Part shown: one piece after another, positions 36,945-37,863 of the stretch
Layout of the letters: each line of letters starts with the position of its first letter
Position numbering within the stretch: the stretch's first letter is position 1
Translations under genes and position numbers: made by a program
The notes under the pieces: generated by a model
Told to the model about the DNA's origin: nothing
The model's database searches: none
Seen by the model: only the letters and a program-made list of their open reading frames with translations
Source of the DNA: Utricularia gibba
Taxonomy: Eukaryota > Plantae > Magnoliophyta
Reading direction: 5' to 3'
Length of the DNA: 37,863 nt
Assembly: GCA_002189035.1 (NCBI GenBank)
Contig: NEEC01000141.1
Span: forward strand, 1 to 37,863

Positions 36945-37863
36945 GTTATTTTTAAAATAAAAATAATTAATATTTGTCAATAAAACAGTTTGTAGAACAT
37001 TCATTCAAGAATACAATTTATACCATAAATATCCTTAATAATAATGAAGGCAATAAGCTTTGACTAGGATAGATTTGTGTGACTTGACTCTCATATTTAT
37101 ACATTTGGGAAGTACTCAAATATAATGACTCAATTAATGAGAGGTTTTTTAATAAAAAAACCATGAAATTTGAATATTTAAAATATAATATTATATAAAT
37201 AGAATGTGATATTTGCAAAGTATACCTTGTGTTTTGTCAAAAGATGATCAATTATAGTTTGCATTTTCAACCCTTAACAAGCATCCAATTTCTAATACAA
37301 CACATTTTATAAACTTTGATAAAGCAATGAAACATATGTTTTAGATCTCGTTTGATAGTAAAGTATTAATAAATTTAAATACATTCTAATTGATTATATA
37401 TATATACTAAATTGTAAAATTTAATAAGTTTTACAGATTTTTTATATTATACTATTAAACAACCTATTATATTTCTATAAGAATAATGCATCATGAGTAC
37501 ATGTTTGATGAGCATTGTGTGCCCATTTGCATCGAGGTTGATCCTAATTTCATCGATTTGACTGGCGCAGCAGCACTGACCAAAAGCATGAAGAATTTAA
37601 TGGAAGCACCAGTGTCTCATGCAGATGGGCCCATGGTCCAGTTGGGCTCTGCGTCGCGGGCCTGCGTGGATCCGGGACGCGATGCGCGAATGGACGGAGA
37701 TTGCGCGCCGCTCCATCATCGGACGGCTCTAAAAAAAAGAATAAATAAATCTTCTTCATTCTTTATTAACTCCTCCAACCAACGGACATGTCTGCATTCT
37801 CTCATATGCAAAACATAGGACCAAAGGCATTGATTCCAACGACCCTCTTTCATGCACCCTTTT

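Noticed and set aside
37486-37818. 110-aa ATG ORF at the window end
   Set aside because: No recognisable homology; it runs through an A-rich low-complexity stretch and is probably upstream regulatory DNA of the next gene.

Overview
Gene-dense, intron-compact eudicot nuclear window. Left to right: 5'-truncated SHI/STY (SRS) zinc-finger gene, double B-box BBX20/21-like gene, a 3-exon minus-strand CIF-type sulfated-peptide precursor that the ORF track misses, an intronless nucleotide-diphospho-sugar transferase with one frameshift, RPS25, a MATE/DTX transporter, a JINGUBANG-like WD40 gene split by a very young 5.3-kb Ty1/copia LTR retrotransposon, tRNA-Ile(AAU), ureidoglycolate amidohydrolase (12 exons), an intronless PTAR1, an RD21-type papain-granulin protease and a D3-type cyclin. 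The most unusual object is the copia element. It has an 18-nt tRNA-Trp primer-binding site instead of the usual tRNA-iMet site, and its LTRs carry MSA-like (AACGG) and site II motifs just upstream of a TATA box. Its 3' LTR is fused in frame to the intact WD40 propeller of the host gene. Several single-base frameshifts, mostly -1 in short homopolymers, may be consensus errors. All identifications rest on motif recognition from memory. No database search was run and the species cannot be determined.
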